Positions 1-7,657 of a stretch of DNA of 31,496 bases are shown here, one piece after another. How positions within the stretch are numbered: position 1 is the stretch's first letter; each line of letters opens with the position of its first letter. A program made the position numbers and the translations under genes. Origin of the DNA: a virus. Taxonomy: Duplodnaviria > Caudoviricetes. Below the pieces are notes generated by a model that saw nothing but the letters and a program-made list of their open reading frames with translations, had not been told where the DNA came from and searched no databases. The stretch spans positions 1-31,496 of the IMG/VR virus record IMGVR_UViG_3300031839_000053, one strand, 5' to 3'.

Positions 1-620
1 TTACGCTGACAAGAGATCACGCATCAAAAATGTTTAGCAAGAGCAAGGAACCACCACCTGCTGCAGCCCAACAGTCTTTTGAAATGCCTGACACGTTTGT
101 CAGTCTTTCTCGTAACTTAAACGCTGAACTTTATGTAAAGCGTGTACAGTCATATGATGCGTACCTTGCCGGTCGTGCAGACATACGCTATGACTTCAAG
201 CGTAACAGGGCCGTCTACCTTGTAAAAGACGGCAACAGAGTTGTAGATGCGGCGGGGAGATCGCTAGATGGTAGAAATCCTAAGTGGTATCGTTACGGCA
301 CTAGCCAGCACCCTTTCATCTGTGGACATCATGGTGCTGCTGTTATTGTAGAAGATTGCGCTAGTGCATGTGCAATTAGCAACATTGTTACCGGAGTGGC
401 ACTGATGGGCACTAATCTGCTGCCACAGCATCTTGACACACTGTCTAATTACCCGAACTTTTTTGTGGCGTTGGACAAAGATGCGACTGACAAAGCTATC
501 GACATGGTTCGCACTCTACGGGGTATCGCGCCGACAAAGATGATAATACTAAAACACGACTTGAAAAACATGAAAAAGGACGAACGGGATGACTTCATAC
601 GATCCTACACAGATAGATAA
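1..620 (+). CDS. DNA primase, TOPRIM domain (5' partial; frame is open from position 3)
   Basis: TOPRIM-like motifs VIVEDCASA, VALMGT and VALDKDA. No in-frame stop upstream of ATG 30, so the gene probably starts before the window. Directly upstream of the helicase. Confidence 0.85.
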   Translation, partial: TLTRDHASKMFSKSKEPPPAAAQQSFEMPDTFVSLSRNLNAELYVKRVQSYDAYLAGRADIRYDFKRNRAVYLVKDGNRVVDAAGRSLDGRNPKWYRYGTSQHPFICGHHGAAVIVEDCASACAISNIVTGVALMGTNLLPQHLDTLSNYPNFFVALDKDATDKAIDMVRTLRGIAPTKMIILKHDLKNMKKDERDDFIRSYTDR

Positions 621-1818
621 ACAGATACTTGGCTTTTGTTTGAGTACAGACTTTTTCTCAAAGGTAGCTGATATCATTGGGCGTGATATGTTCACGAAGG
701 AAATGCGCGATGTGTTTGACGTGATCTTTCACTCTCACACTGAATACGCAAAGGACATCACGATAGGTGAGTTGGCAGTCATGTTCAATGACCGCAATCC
801 TGCCATGCCCGACTCAACACGGGAAAAGGCACAAGAATTAATCTTGACCCTTGATCGGGGCAATCCTGAGAACACAGAGATGCACTTGGACATGGTGCGT
901 AACTTCTGGTTACGGGACCGTGCGCGTATCATTGGAGAAAAGGCCATTGAGATATTCACCGGAGAAAGCGAAGAGTTTGGTGAGTTACGTACGCTGATAG
1001 AGGCGGTTGAGGATGGGCGCATATCTGACAAGACTACCTACACAAAGGTAGAGGCAGACATATCGGAACTGCTAGACAGCCACACTGGACCCAAAGATTT
1101 TCCCTTTGAGTTTGATTTGATAAATGAGCGTATTGACGGTTTGGACAGAGGTAATTTAGGCATCCTGTTTGCTCGTCCGGAGGTAGGTAAAACAACCTTT
1201 TGCTGCTTTCTCGCAGCATCGTACATCCGACAAGGATTCAAAGTTACCTACTGGGCAAACGAAGAACCGGCAGAAAAAATAAAACTACGTATCATACAGT
1301 CATACTTTGCTTTGAAGCGGGATGAGATGGTAGAACAGCGCGAATCTCTTGCATCACGGTACAACGCAGAGGTCGCACCTTACCTAACCGTCATGGACTC
1401 TGTTGGAACTTCTATGGAAGAGGCCAATGAATACGCCAAGCTAAACAATCCTGATATCATGTTCATGGATCAACTGGATAAGTTTCGTGTCAACGGTGAG
1501 TACAATCGTGGGGATGAGCGGCTTAAAGAGACGTACGTTCTTGCCCGCGAGATAGCCAAGCGAAACGACTTGCTTGTGTGGGCTGTTAGTCAAGCAAGCA
1601 ACGATGCACATGACCGTCAATTTATTGACTACTCAATGATGGACAATTCTAAGACCGGCAAGGCTGGCGAGGCTGACATCATCATTGGTATAGGTAAGAC
1701 GGGTGCCAGTGACGTTGACAACATCGTGCGTCATGTTTGTATATCCAAAAACAAACTCAACGGGTGGCACGGTACAATCAACACGCAGATAGATATACAC
1801 AGAGGGGTGTATTACTGA
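589..1818 (+). CDS. Replicative DNA helicase, DnaB/T7 gp4-like (SF4)
   Basis: Walker A ARPEVGKT, catalytic ANEE, Walker B MFMDQLD, SQAS motif, ADIIIGI and ISKNK. Confidence 0.92.
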   Translation: MTSYDPTQIDKQILGFCLSTDFFSKVADIIGRDMFTKEMRDVFDVIFHSHTEYAKDITIGELAVMFNDRNPAMPDSTREKAQELILTLDRGNPENTEMHLDMVRNFWLRDRARIIGEKAIEIFTGESEEFGELRTLIEAVEDGRISDKTTYTKVEADISELLDSHTGPKDFPFEFDLINERIDGLDRGNLGILFARPEVGKTTFCCFLAASYIRQGFKVTYWANEEPAEKIKLRIIQSYFALKRDEMVEQRESLASRYNAEVAPYLTVMDSVGTSMEEANEYAKLNNPDIMFMDQLDKFRVNGEYNRGDERLKETYVLAREIAKRNDLLVWAVSQASNDAHDRQFIDYSMMDNSKTGKAGEADIIIGIGKTGASDVDNIVRHVCISKNKLNGWHGTINTQIDIHRGVYY

Positions 1819-1967
1819 TGAGTAACCACCAAAACGAAGAGATACTTGAAAGTCTGTACGATGAAGAGTACCATCGTCTTGAGACAAAATATCCACAGTT
1901 AAATCCACAACAGATAGCCACACTGGCTAGATACTTTGCAAAGAAACAGTGGGAGGAGATGGAGTGA
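1818..1967 (+). CDS. Small hypothetical protein (49 aa, MSNHQNEEILESLYDEE...)
   Basis: ATG 1818 overlaps the helicase TGA (TGATG); its own TGA overlaps the next GTG (GTGA); fills the gap exactly. Confidence 0.7.
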   Translation: MSNHQNEEILESLYDEEYHRLETKYPQLNPQQIATLARYFAKKQWEEME

Positions 1968-2545
1968 ACGTGCTGACGTTTGATGTGGAGACAACCCACA
2001 CACACAAGCCGTCCGGTGGCACCACTGCCCTGCCGTACTTTGGTAATCGTTTGGTTTCAATAGGTTACAAGTGGTTGGACGAGGAACAGGTGTTCTATGA
2101 CTGTTACTACCACGAAACTGAACCGCCCACGCACAGTGCGGCAGAGGACTTCCAAACATCTCTTGACTACGCTGATGTAGTTGTGGGACAAAACATTAAG
2201 TTTGATCTGTCGTGGATACGTGACTGTGGGTTCACATACACAGGAGAAATCTATGATACTATGGTTGCAGAGTATGTTTTATCGAAAGCGCGGCGATGGC
2301 CTCTTGGACTTGCTGCTCTTGCAAAAAAGTATGACACGGTGCAAAAAGAGAAAGACCTCGTTGAGCCGTTTATGGCGGCGGGAAAAACCTTTTTCGAAAT
2401 ACCGTGGGAAATAGTAAAAGAGTACGGCATAGCTGACGTTGCAGCTACAGAGCAGATTGCTCTCAAACAACTTGAAGCCTTTGGCACTACATTTGAGGAA
2501 CTATACAATGAACGATCTACTACCGACATTGCGTCTGTCGCTTGA
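1964..2545 (+). CDS. 3'-5' proofreading exonuclease (DnaQ-like N-terminal part of a split family A DNA polymerase)
   Basis: ExoI FDVET, ExoII GQNIKFD, YDTM and ExoIII YGIADV. GTG 1964 is preceded by GGAGGAG. Confidence 0.88.
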   Translation: MNVLTFDVETTHTHKPSGGTTALPYFGNRLVSIGYKWLDEEQVFYDCYYHETEPPTHSAAEDFQTSLDYADVVVGQNIKFDLSWIRDCGFTYTGEIYDTMVAEYVLSKARRWPLGLAALAKKYDTVQKEKDLVEPFMAAGKTFFEIPWEIVKEYGIADVAATEQIALKQLEAFGTTFEELYNERSTTDIASVA

Positions 2546-4043
2546 GATGACTGACACACTAGCCCGCATCGAACGCAACGGGCTGCGTGTCAACCTAGAC
2601 ACACTGGATGAAATCGAAAAGCTGTACCAAGATGAGTTTGATGCGCTGGAGTTGCGTCTCAACGACATGGCCCGTGCAGCTATGGGGGACACACCCATCA
2701 GCCTGACCAGCCCCGATGACAGGTCAATGCTGCTATACTCACGCAAAGTCAAAGACAAAAAGTCGTGGGCATCTATGTTCAACTTGGGCATGGAGCAGCG
2801 CGGTGCCACAATGAAACCAAAGCAACGCACCCGTATGTCAGCCAAAGACTTTCGTATTTCTGTACGAAACAACACAGACGTGGTGTTCAAAACACGGGGT
2901 GAGCAGTGTCTTGCGTGTGTCGGTACAGGCCGTGTGCGTCCCGTACGTAAAGACGGAACTCCCAGCAAAGCGTTGCGTGTCTGCAAGCAGTGCAGCGGCA
3001 AGGGTGTTATATACCGGTCTACCGGAGAGGTGGCTGGGTTCAAGATTGTACCCCGCAACGTGCGTGACGTAGCATCTGCTGGGTTTAAAACAGACAAGGA
3101 TACACTGGCTGAACGGGAACTAGAACTGTCGGGTCCAGCCCGTGAGTTTGCATCTGCGTACGTGCGGTACAACGCACTGCGTATGTATCTTGGTACGTTT
3201 GTAGAGGGAATGAAAAACAATGTCGATGACCACGGTTTCATACATCCGGAATTTATGCAGTGTGTTACGGCGACGGGTCGCCTTTCGTCTCGCAATCCTA
3301 ACTTTCAAAATATGCCACGAGGTAACACGTTTGAAATACGGAAGGTTGTGGAGAGTCGTTTTCCGCAGGGTAAGATTGTGGAGGGGGACTACTCGCAGTT
3401 AGAATTTAGAGTCGCAGGATTTCTAGCACAAGACAGTCAAGCCTATGCTGACGTAGAGGCTGGCACAGACGTACACAGTTACACTGCCAGTGTGATTGGC
3501 TGTTCACGGCAAGAAGCAAAGGCACACACCTTCAAGCCTCTCTACGGCGGCACTACGGGCACAGAGGCCCAACAACGCTACTACAGGGCGTTCAAAGAGA
3601 AGTATGGTGGGGTAGCACTCTGGCATGAAGACCTCCAGCGAGAGGCCGTTACACACCGCGTAGTGACGTTACCGTCTGGAAGACAGTACGCTTTCCCTGA
3701 TGCGCGGTGGACAAAGTACGGTACGGCTACACACCGCACAAACATCTGCAACTATCCCGTGCAAGGCTTTGCAACGGCTGATCTGTTGCCCGCTGCATTG
3801 GTACGCTTGGACAAATTATTTCAAGAAAACGAACTGCAATCTGTCATCTGTAATACGGTTCACGACTCGATTGTGCTGGACTGTCACCCTGATGAATTTA
3901 ACATTTGTATCAGGCTGATGCGTGAAGCAATGTTGTCGTTACCCCAAGAAACTTTAAGACGTTATAACATTTGTTATGACATGCCTGTCGAAATTGAGAT
4001 AAAAAGCGGCGATAATTGGCTTGACTTAACTGTTGTAGAATAG
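2508..4043 (+). CDS. polA: Family A DNA polymerase, polymerase domain with DnaJ-type zinc-finger insertion
   Basis: TATGRLSS..PNFQN, motif A DYSQLEFR, motif B RQEAKAHTFKPLYG, NYPVQGFATAD and motif C VHDS. Two CxxCxGxG motifs. ATG 2508 has GAGGA upstream. Confidence 0.93.
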   Translation: MNDLLPTLRLSLEMTDTLARIERNGLRVNLDTLDEIEKLYQDEFDALELRLNDMARAAMGDTPISLTSPDDRSMLLYSRKVKDKKSWASMFNLGMEQRGATMKPKQRTRMSAKDFRISVRNNTDVVFKTRGEQCLACVGTGRVRPVRKDGTPSKALRVCKQCSGKGVIYRSTGEVAGFKIVPRNVRDVASAGFKTDKDTLAERELELSGPAREFASAYVRYNALRMYLGTFVEGMKNNVDDHGFIHPEFMQCVTATGRLSSRNPNFQNMPRGNTFEIRKVVESRFPQGKIVEGDYSQLEFRVAGFLAQDSQAYADVEAGTDVHSYTASVIGCSRQEAKAHTFKPLYGGTTGTEAQQRYYRAFKEKYGGVALWHEDLQREAVTHRVVTLPSGRQYAFPDARWTKYGTATHRTNICNYPVQGFATADLLPAALVRLDKLFQENELQSVICNTVHDSIVLDCHPDEFNICIRLMREAMLSLPQETLRRYNICYDMPVEIEIKSGDNWLDLTVVE

Positions 4044-4049
4044 TAGTAT
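4021..4049 (+). promoter_or_regulatory. Putative sigma70-type promoter upstream of the SSB-like gene
   Basis: TTGACT (4021-4026), 17-nt spacer, TAGTAT (4044-4049), followed by RBS AAAGGAG at about 4071 and ATG 4089. Confidence 0.6.
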
Positions 4050-4088
4050 CAATTCACTAACCCTAAATGCAAAGGAGATTTACGGATC

Positions 4089-4961
4089 ATGCTTGGGAAC
4101 GAACTAATGGAAATGGATAACGATCTTGATAGCATCGTGGCAGCAATGTCTAGCGATAATGTCGAGGAGATGATGAAGCTTACTGGTCAGGGCGGTGCCG
4201 TGACAGAGAAGGTAGGACTGCCTCGTCTTAACATTAACTACGATCAAGAGACAGACGATGGTCACAACCTCACACGGGGTGACTGGAAGATGTATCTTGA
4301 CGGACGCTTTATCTTTGCAAAAGAGGTAAAGCTACGTGCGCTGCTGCGTACCTACGAGTACAGTATGTGGGATGCAGAGGCAAACGAAGGCAAGGGTGGA
4401 TTCTCCTGTAAGTCAGTACAGAAGACATCCTTTGGGGGAATGTTCCCCGACACGCAGGGCGGCAACAAGTGTGGTCGTCTGACTCGTGACGAAGAAGACG
4501 CACTAGATAAGGATGACCATCGTTATCTAACCTCCCGTGCGGTGGTATGTAATCAGGTAATCTACGGACGTATCAGTGGTGAATTCACTGAGGCGGACGG
4601 AACTCCTTGTATTGTCTCAGACGAGCCTGTCATTGCATACTTCAAGCGTTCTGGTTTCAAACCAATCTCTGACTTCATTCAGGGTTTGACGAAGCAGAAC
4701 AAGTTGATGGCACATACATCTATCCTTCTGCGTACAAACAAGCAAAAGAAGGGCAGCGTTACGTATTGGACGCCTATGCCAACCTTTGAAAGCACTGTAC
4801 CTATCACAGATGCGGACAAAGAGTTGATGGGCACCTTTGCGGAAACGGTCAAGGGTCACAACGAAAATGTTATGAACGGACATCGTGAAGCATTGAAACT
4901 TATGTCAGATGATGCAGACATTGATCTGGCGGCAGACTTTGCTGATGCTGACGCTGCTTAA
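4089..4961 (+). CDS. Probable single-stranded DNA-binding/annealing protein
   Basis: Lies between the polymerase and the exonuclease; strongly acidic C-terminal tail (DDADIDLAADFADADAA); strong RBS. The call is positional inference. Confidence 0.55.
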   Translation: MLGNELMEMDNDLDSIVAAMSSDNVEEMMKLTGQGGAVTEKVGLPRLNINYDQETDDGHNLTRGDWKMYLDGRFIFAKEVKLRALLRTYEYSMWDAEANEGKGGFSCKSVQKTSFGGMFPDTQGGNKCGRLTRDEEDALDKDDHRYLTSRAVVCNQVIYGRISGEFTEADGTPCIVSDEPVIAYFKRSGFKPISDFIQGLTKQNKLMAHTSILLRTNKQKKGSVTYWTPMPTFESTVPITDADKELMGTFAETVKGHNENVMNGHREALKLMSDDADIDLAADFADADAA

Positions 4962-5838
4962 CATTCAAGACTATATGTCTAAGGCTTTGCGGGGGGAGAC
5001 TAGCGTTTCCCCCGCAGGTCTTTCTGAATTTGTAAACGACACAAAGTATTCTGTGGAGCGGCAGCTTACCGACAAGCGTGGTGAGTACCGTATCCGTATG
5101 TCTGGTTTGGGACGGCCCCTGTGTCAGCAGGTGTTAGACAAGCACGGCATAAAAGAGTCGATGCAGTACAACACACTGTTTCGTTTTTTGTTTGGGGATA
5201 TAACGGAAGCCATACTCATGCTGGTGATGAAAGAAGCCGGTGTGGACATCGTGGACTCTCAGCGAGAGGTTGAACTAAAGCTGGGTGGACATACTATCAA
5301 GGGAACGCTTGACGTAATCATACGAGATGAAACCGGCACAGAGAAAGTGTGGGACATCAAGTCTGCAAGCGACTGGGCATTCAAAAACAAATTCACTGGG
5401 TTCGGTGGCTACGATGGATTAAAAGAAGACGATCCGTTTGGCTACGTTATGCAGGGTTACTTGTACTCTGCCGCCACTGGTATGCCGTTTGGTGGGTGGA
5501 TTGTAGTCAACAAGTCTAGTGGTGAGGTAGCCGTGGTTGAGGCTCCTGACTGGCAAGATGAGGACCGTGCCAAATATTTGGCTGACGCAGAAGAGCGTGT
5601 CAAGTTTTTGACAGACCCAAAGGTGGAACCATTCCGGCCATACTCCGATGAGTTTGAAACATACAGACGCAAGGGTGAGACTTTGCGTACTGGAAACAAG
5701 GTGTTAGCAAAAGAGTGCAACCTGTGTGGATACCGGCAGCACTGCTGGCCAAACGCACAACTACACGCCCGTGTAACATCTCAAGCCAAGTCGCCACCAC
5801 AAGTCTGGTACACACGCCTCAAAACAAAGGAACTGTGA
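4945..5838 (+). CDS. Cas4-like/PD-(D/E)XK exonuclease with probable Fe-S cysteines
   Basis: RMSGLGRPLC, FGDITE, GTLD...WDIKS, QGYLY and C-terminal CNLCGYRQHC (1+3 Cys arrangement). Start ATG 4945 chosen over 4909 to minimise overlap. Confidence 0.82.
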   Translation: MLTLLNIQDYMSKALRGETSVSPAGLSEFVNDTKYSVERQLTDKRGEYRIRMSGLGRPLCQQVLDKHGIKESMQYNTLFRFLFGDITEAILMLVMKEAGVDIVDSQREVELKLGGHTIKGTLDVIIRDETGTEKVWDIKSASDWAFKNKFTGFGGYDGLKEDDPFGYVMQGYLYSAATGMPFGGWIVVNKSSGEVAVVEAPDWQDEDRAKYLADAEERVKFLTDPKVEPFRPYSDEFETYRRKGETLRTGNKVLAKECNLCGYRQHCWPNAQLHARVTSQAKSPPQVWYTRLKTKEL

Positions 5839-5839
5839 T

Positions 5840-6220
5840 ATGCCGTACTTGTTTGTGCGTGACTACGAAGTTGAGTTGATGGAGATGAACAAAGGACTCC
5901 ATCACATATACGTTGAAGCCCACAGGGGCGGTGGTGGTGAGCGTAAAATAGTATACCTACGACAAAACGAACGAGGGCTTCCGCTGACGTTGCGGGATAA
6001 TTACTCCAACATGGGTGACCTATCTTCCAACACAGAGAAGCGTGATATAACTACCGTTGAATCTGAACTACAAAAGATAGGAAGATTGTCTCAATCCGGA
6101 GTTATTGTATGCGTTCCACTGAATCATCTGACAAACGAACTTACCACAATAGAAAAACTTTCCCCAAAAGTGGCAGGGTACGTGATAAAAAGAATGGGGT
6201 CAGTAGGAATGCAAATATGA
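5840..6220 (+). CDS. Hypothetical protein
   Basis: 126-aa ORF tightly packed between neighbours, with AAGGA upstream and an ATGA overlap with the next gene. Confidence 0.7.
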   Translation: MPYLFVRDYEVELMEMNKGLHHIYVEAHRGGGGERKIVYLRQNERGLPLTLRDNYSNMGDLSSNTEKRDITTVESELQKIGRLSQSGVIVCVPLNHLTNELTTIEKLSPKVAGYVIKRMGSVGMQI

Positions 6221-6606
6221 AACGAAGTTCTGCTAGTAAGGCGGGCTTTCGTTCTAACTTTGAATTGGGCATTGCCCGTTCATTGGGTAACAAGGCAGTG
6301 CCCTACGAATACGAAAACGTCAAGCTAACGTACATACCAAAGCCACGCACATACACTCCTGACTTCTACCTTGTAGATCAGGATATTTTTGTCGAAGCAA
6401 AAGGCTACCTTGACAAAACAGACAGAGTAAAGATGCAGCTAATCAAAGAACAGCATCCTGATCTAGACATACGGTTTGTTTTCCAAAACGCACAAAACAA
6501 GATTTACAGAGGCAGCAAGACCACGTATGCTAGGTGGGCTGAACGCTACAATTTCAGATGGGCTGAAGGTAGCATACCAGAGGAGTGGTTGAAGAATGGC
6601 GATTGA
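6217..6606 (+). CDS. Endonuclease I-like Holliday junction resolvase (T7 gp3 family)
   Basis: FRSNFE, YTPDF, VEAKG, HPDLDIRFVF, TTYARW and IPEEWL motifs. ATG 6217 overlaps the upstream TGA. Confidence 0.9.
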   Translation: MKRSSASKAGFRSNFELGIARSLGNKAVPYEYENVKLTYIPKPRTYTPDFYLVDQDIFVEAKGYLDKTDRVKMQLIKEQHPDLDIRFVFQNAQNKIYRGSKTTYARWAERYNFRWAEGSIPEEWLKNGD

Positions 6607-6928
6607 TGAGCGTGACTTTGAACGGGCGAGTCTGCTGCCCGATAGATGGTATGTTATCTTGCGTAAGGTGGATGAAGAAAGCTTTTCCATCTCTGCGTAC
6701 GATACCACTGCCGAAGAAGACGAAGAGTTTTACGAGGCTGGTACGGTTGTAATCAACGGCGTCATGGAGTTGCTTGAGTCTGACTTTGAGCGAGTAATGC
6801 AAGCAGGTATGGCACGGCTGGCGTTTGATCATGTCAAGGAAAGTCTGACTAAAGATGATGACGGCCCCACAGTAAAGCATGAAGAAGGAACCAACATAGT
6901 CAAGATAGACTTTGGTAAGGTGCAATGA
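6596..6928 (+). CDS. Hypothetical acidic protein
   Basis: 110-aa ORF with GAGGAG upstream; overlaps both neighbours; C-terminal NIVKIDF motif. Confidence 0.72.
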   Translation: MAIDERDFERASLLPDRWYVILRKVDEESFSISAYDTTAEEDEEFYEAGTVVINGVMELLESDFERVMQAGMARLAFDHVKESLTKDDDGPTVKHEEGTNIVKIDFGKVQ

Positions 6929-7260
6929 TTAAGAACAACTGGAACTTGAACAACTATCAGCGGCAAGCAAAAGAAACCGCCATATATCCTGAGAACGCTA
7001 AGATTGTGTACCCTGCGCTGGGTCTAGCGGGAGAGGCCGGTGAAGTTGCTGACAAGGTGAAGAAGACCATCCGTGACGGACGTAATGATGCGGAGTATTA
7101 CAATCAAATTGCAAAAGAATTGGGTGACGTACTTTGGTATTGCGCCGTTCTTGCGGATGACTTAGGATACTCGTTACAGCAAATTGCAGAGATGAACGTA
7201 TACAAGTTACAATCCCGTAAAGTTATGGGTACGATACGCGGTGACGGAGATGACCGGTGA
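6925..7260 (+). CDS. mazG: MazG-like nucleotide pyrophosphohydrolase
   Basis: LGLAGEAGEVADKVKK...KELGDVLWY...N..KL..R motif (ExxE...ExxD). Confidence 0.88.
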   Translation: MIKNNWNLNNYQRQAKETAIYPENAKIVYPALGLAGEAGEVADKVKKTIRDGRNDAEYYNQIAKELGDVLWYCAVLADDLGYSLQQIAEMNVYKLQSRKVMGTIRGDGDDR

Positions 7261-7502
7261 GACATGAGGAATACATGAAGAAAGCAGGGCAAGCCAATGA
7301 TAACGTCAATCACCCGCTACACTACAATCAAGCAGGTATCGAATGCCTTGATGCAATCGCGGCGGCGACAGGCGACGGTTTTGAACACTACCTGCAAGGA
7401 AACATCCTCAAGTATCTCTGGAGATACAGATACAAAAACGGGCTTGAAGACCTCAAAAAAGCGCAGTTTTACCTCGACAGATTGATTGAAACAAAAACAT
7501 GA
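7257..7502 (+). CDS. DUF3310 family protein (related to T7 gp1.7 nucleotide kinase)
   Basis: VNHPLHY...IECLDAI...GNILKYLWR...KNGLEDLKKA signature. Confidence 0.85.
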   Translation: MRHEEYMKKAGQANDNVNHPLHYNQAGIECLDAIAAATGDGFEHYLQGNILKYLWRYRYKNGLEDLKKAQFYLDRLIETKT

Positions 7503-7657
7503 ATTGTTGGCACTGCAATCACGAATTGATATGGGGCGGTGATCACGATCTAGAAGAAGAGGACTACGTTATGGTTACTAACCTGCACTGCCCACACTGT
7601 AATTCTGTAGTCTATGTATATTATCCAAATCAAAAAGAAGGAACAGACAATGAATAA
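7499..7657 (+). CDS. Small zinc-ribbon protein (52 aa; CWHC...CPHC), not in the ORF track
   Basis: Manual translation: MNCWHCNHELIWGGDHDLEEEDYVMVTNLHCPHCNSVVYVYYPNQKEGTDNE*. ATGA overlap with the DUF3310 stop and 8-nt overlap with the nrdJ start. Confidence 0.78.
   Translation: MNCWHCNHELIWGGDHDLEEEDYVMVTNLHCPHCNSVVYVYYPNQKEGTDNE

Noticed and set aside
589-620. Primase-helicase frameshift fusion
   Set aside because: The helicase has its own ATG and N-terminal domain, no convincing slippery site was seen, and separate genes are common in such phages.
2501-3295. 264-aa antisense ORF inside polA
   Set aside because: Lies in codon register opposite a conserved gene and has no recognisable motif.
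4945-5838. Cas4-like gene as evidence of a CRISPR-Cas system
   Set aside because: No other cas genes or repeat-spacer array; solo Cas4-like nucleases are common in phage replication modules.
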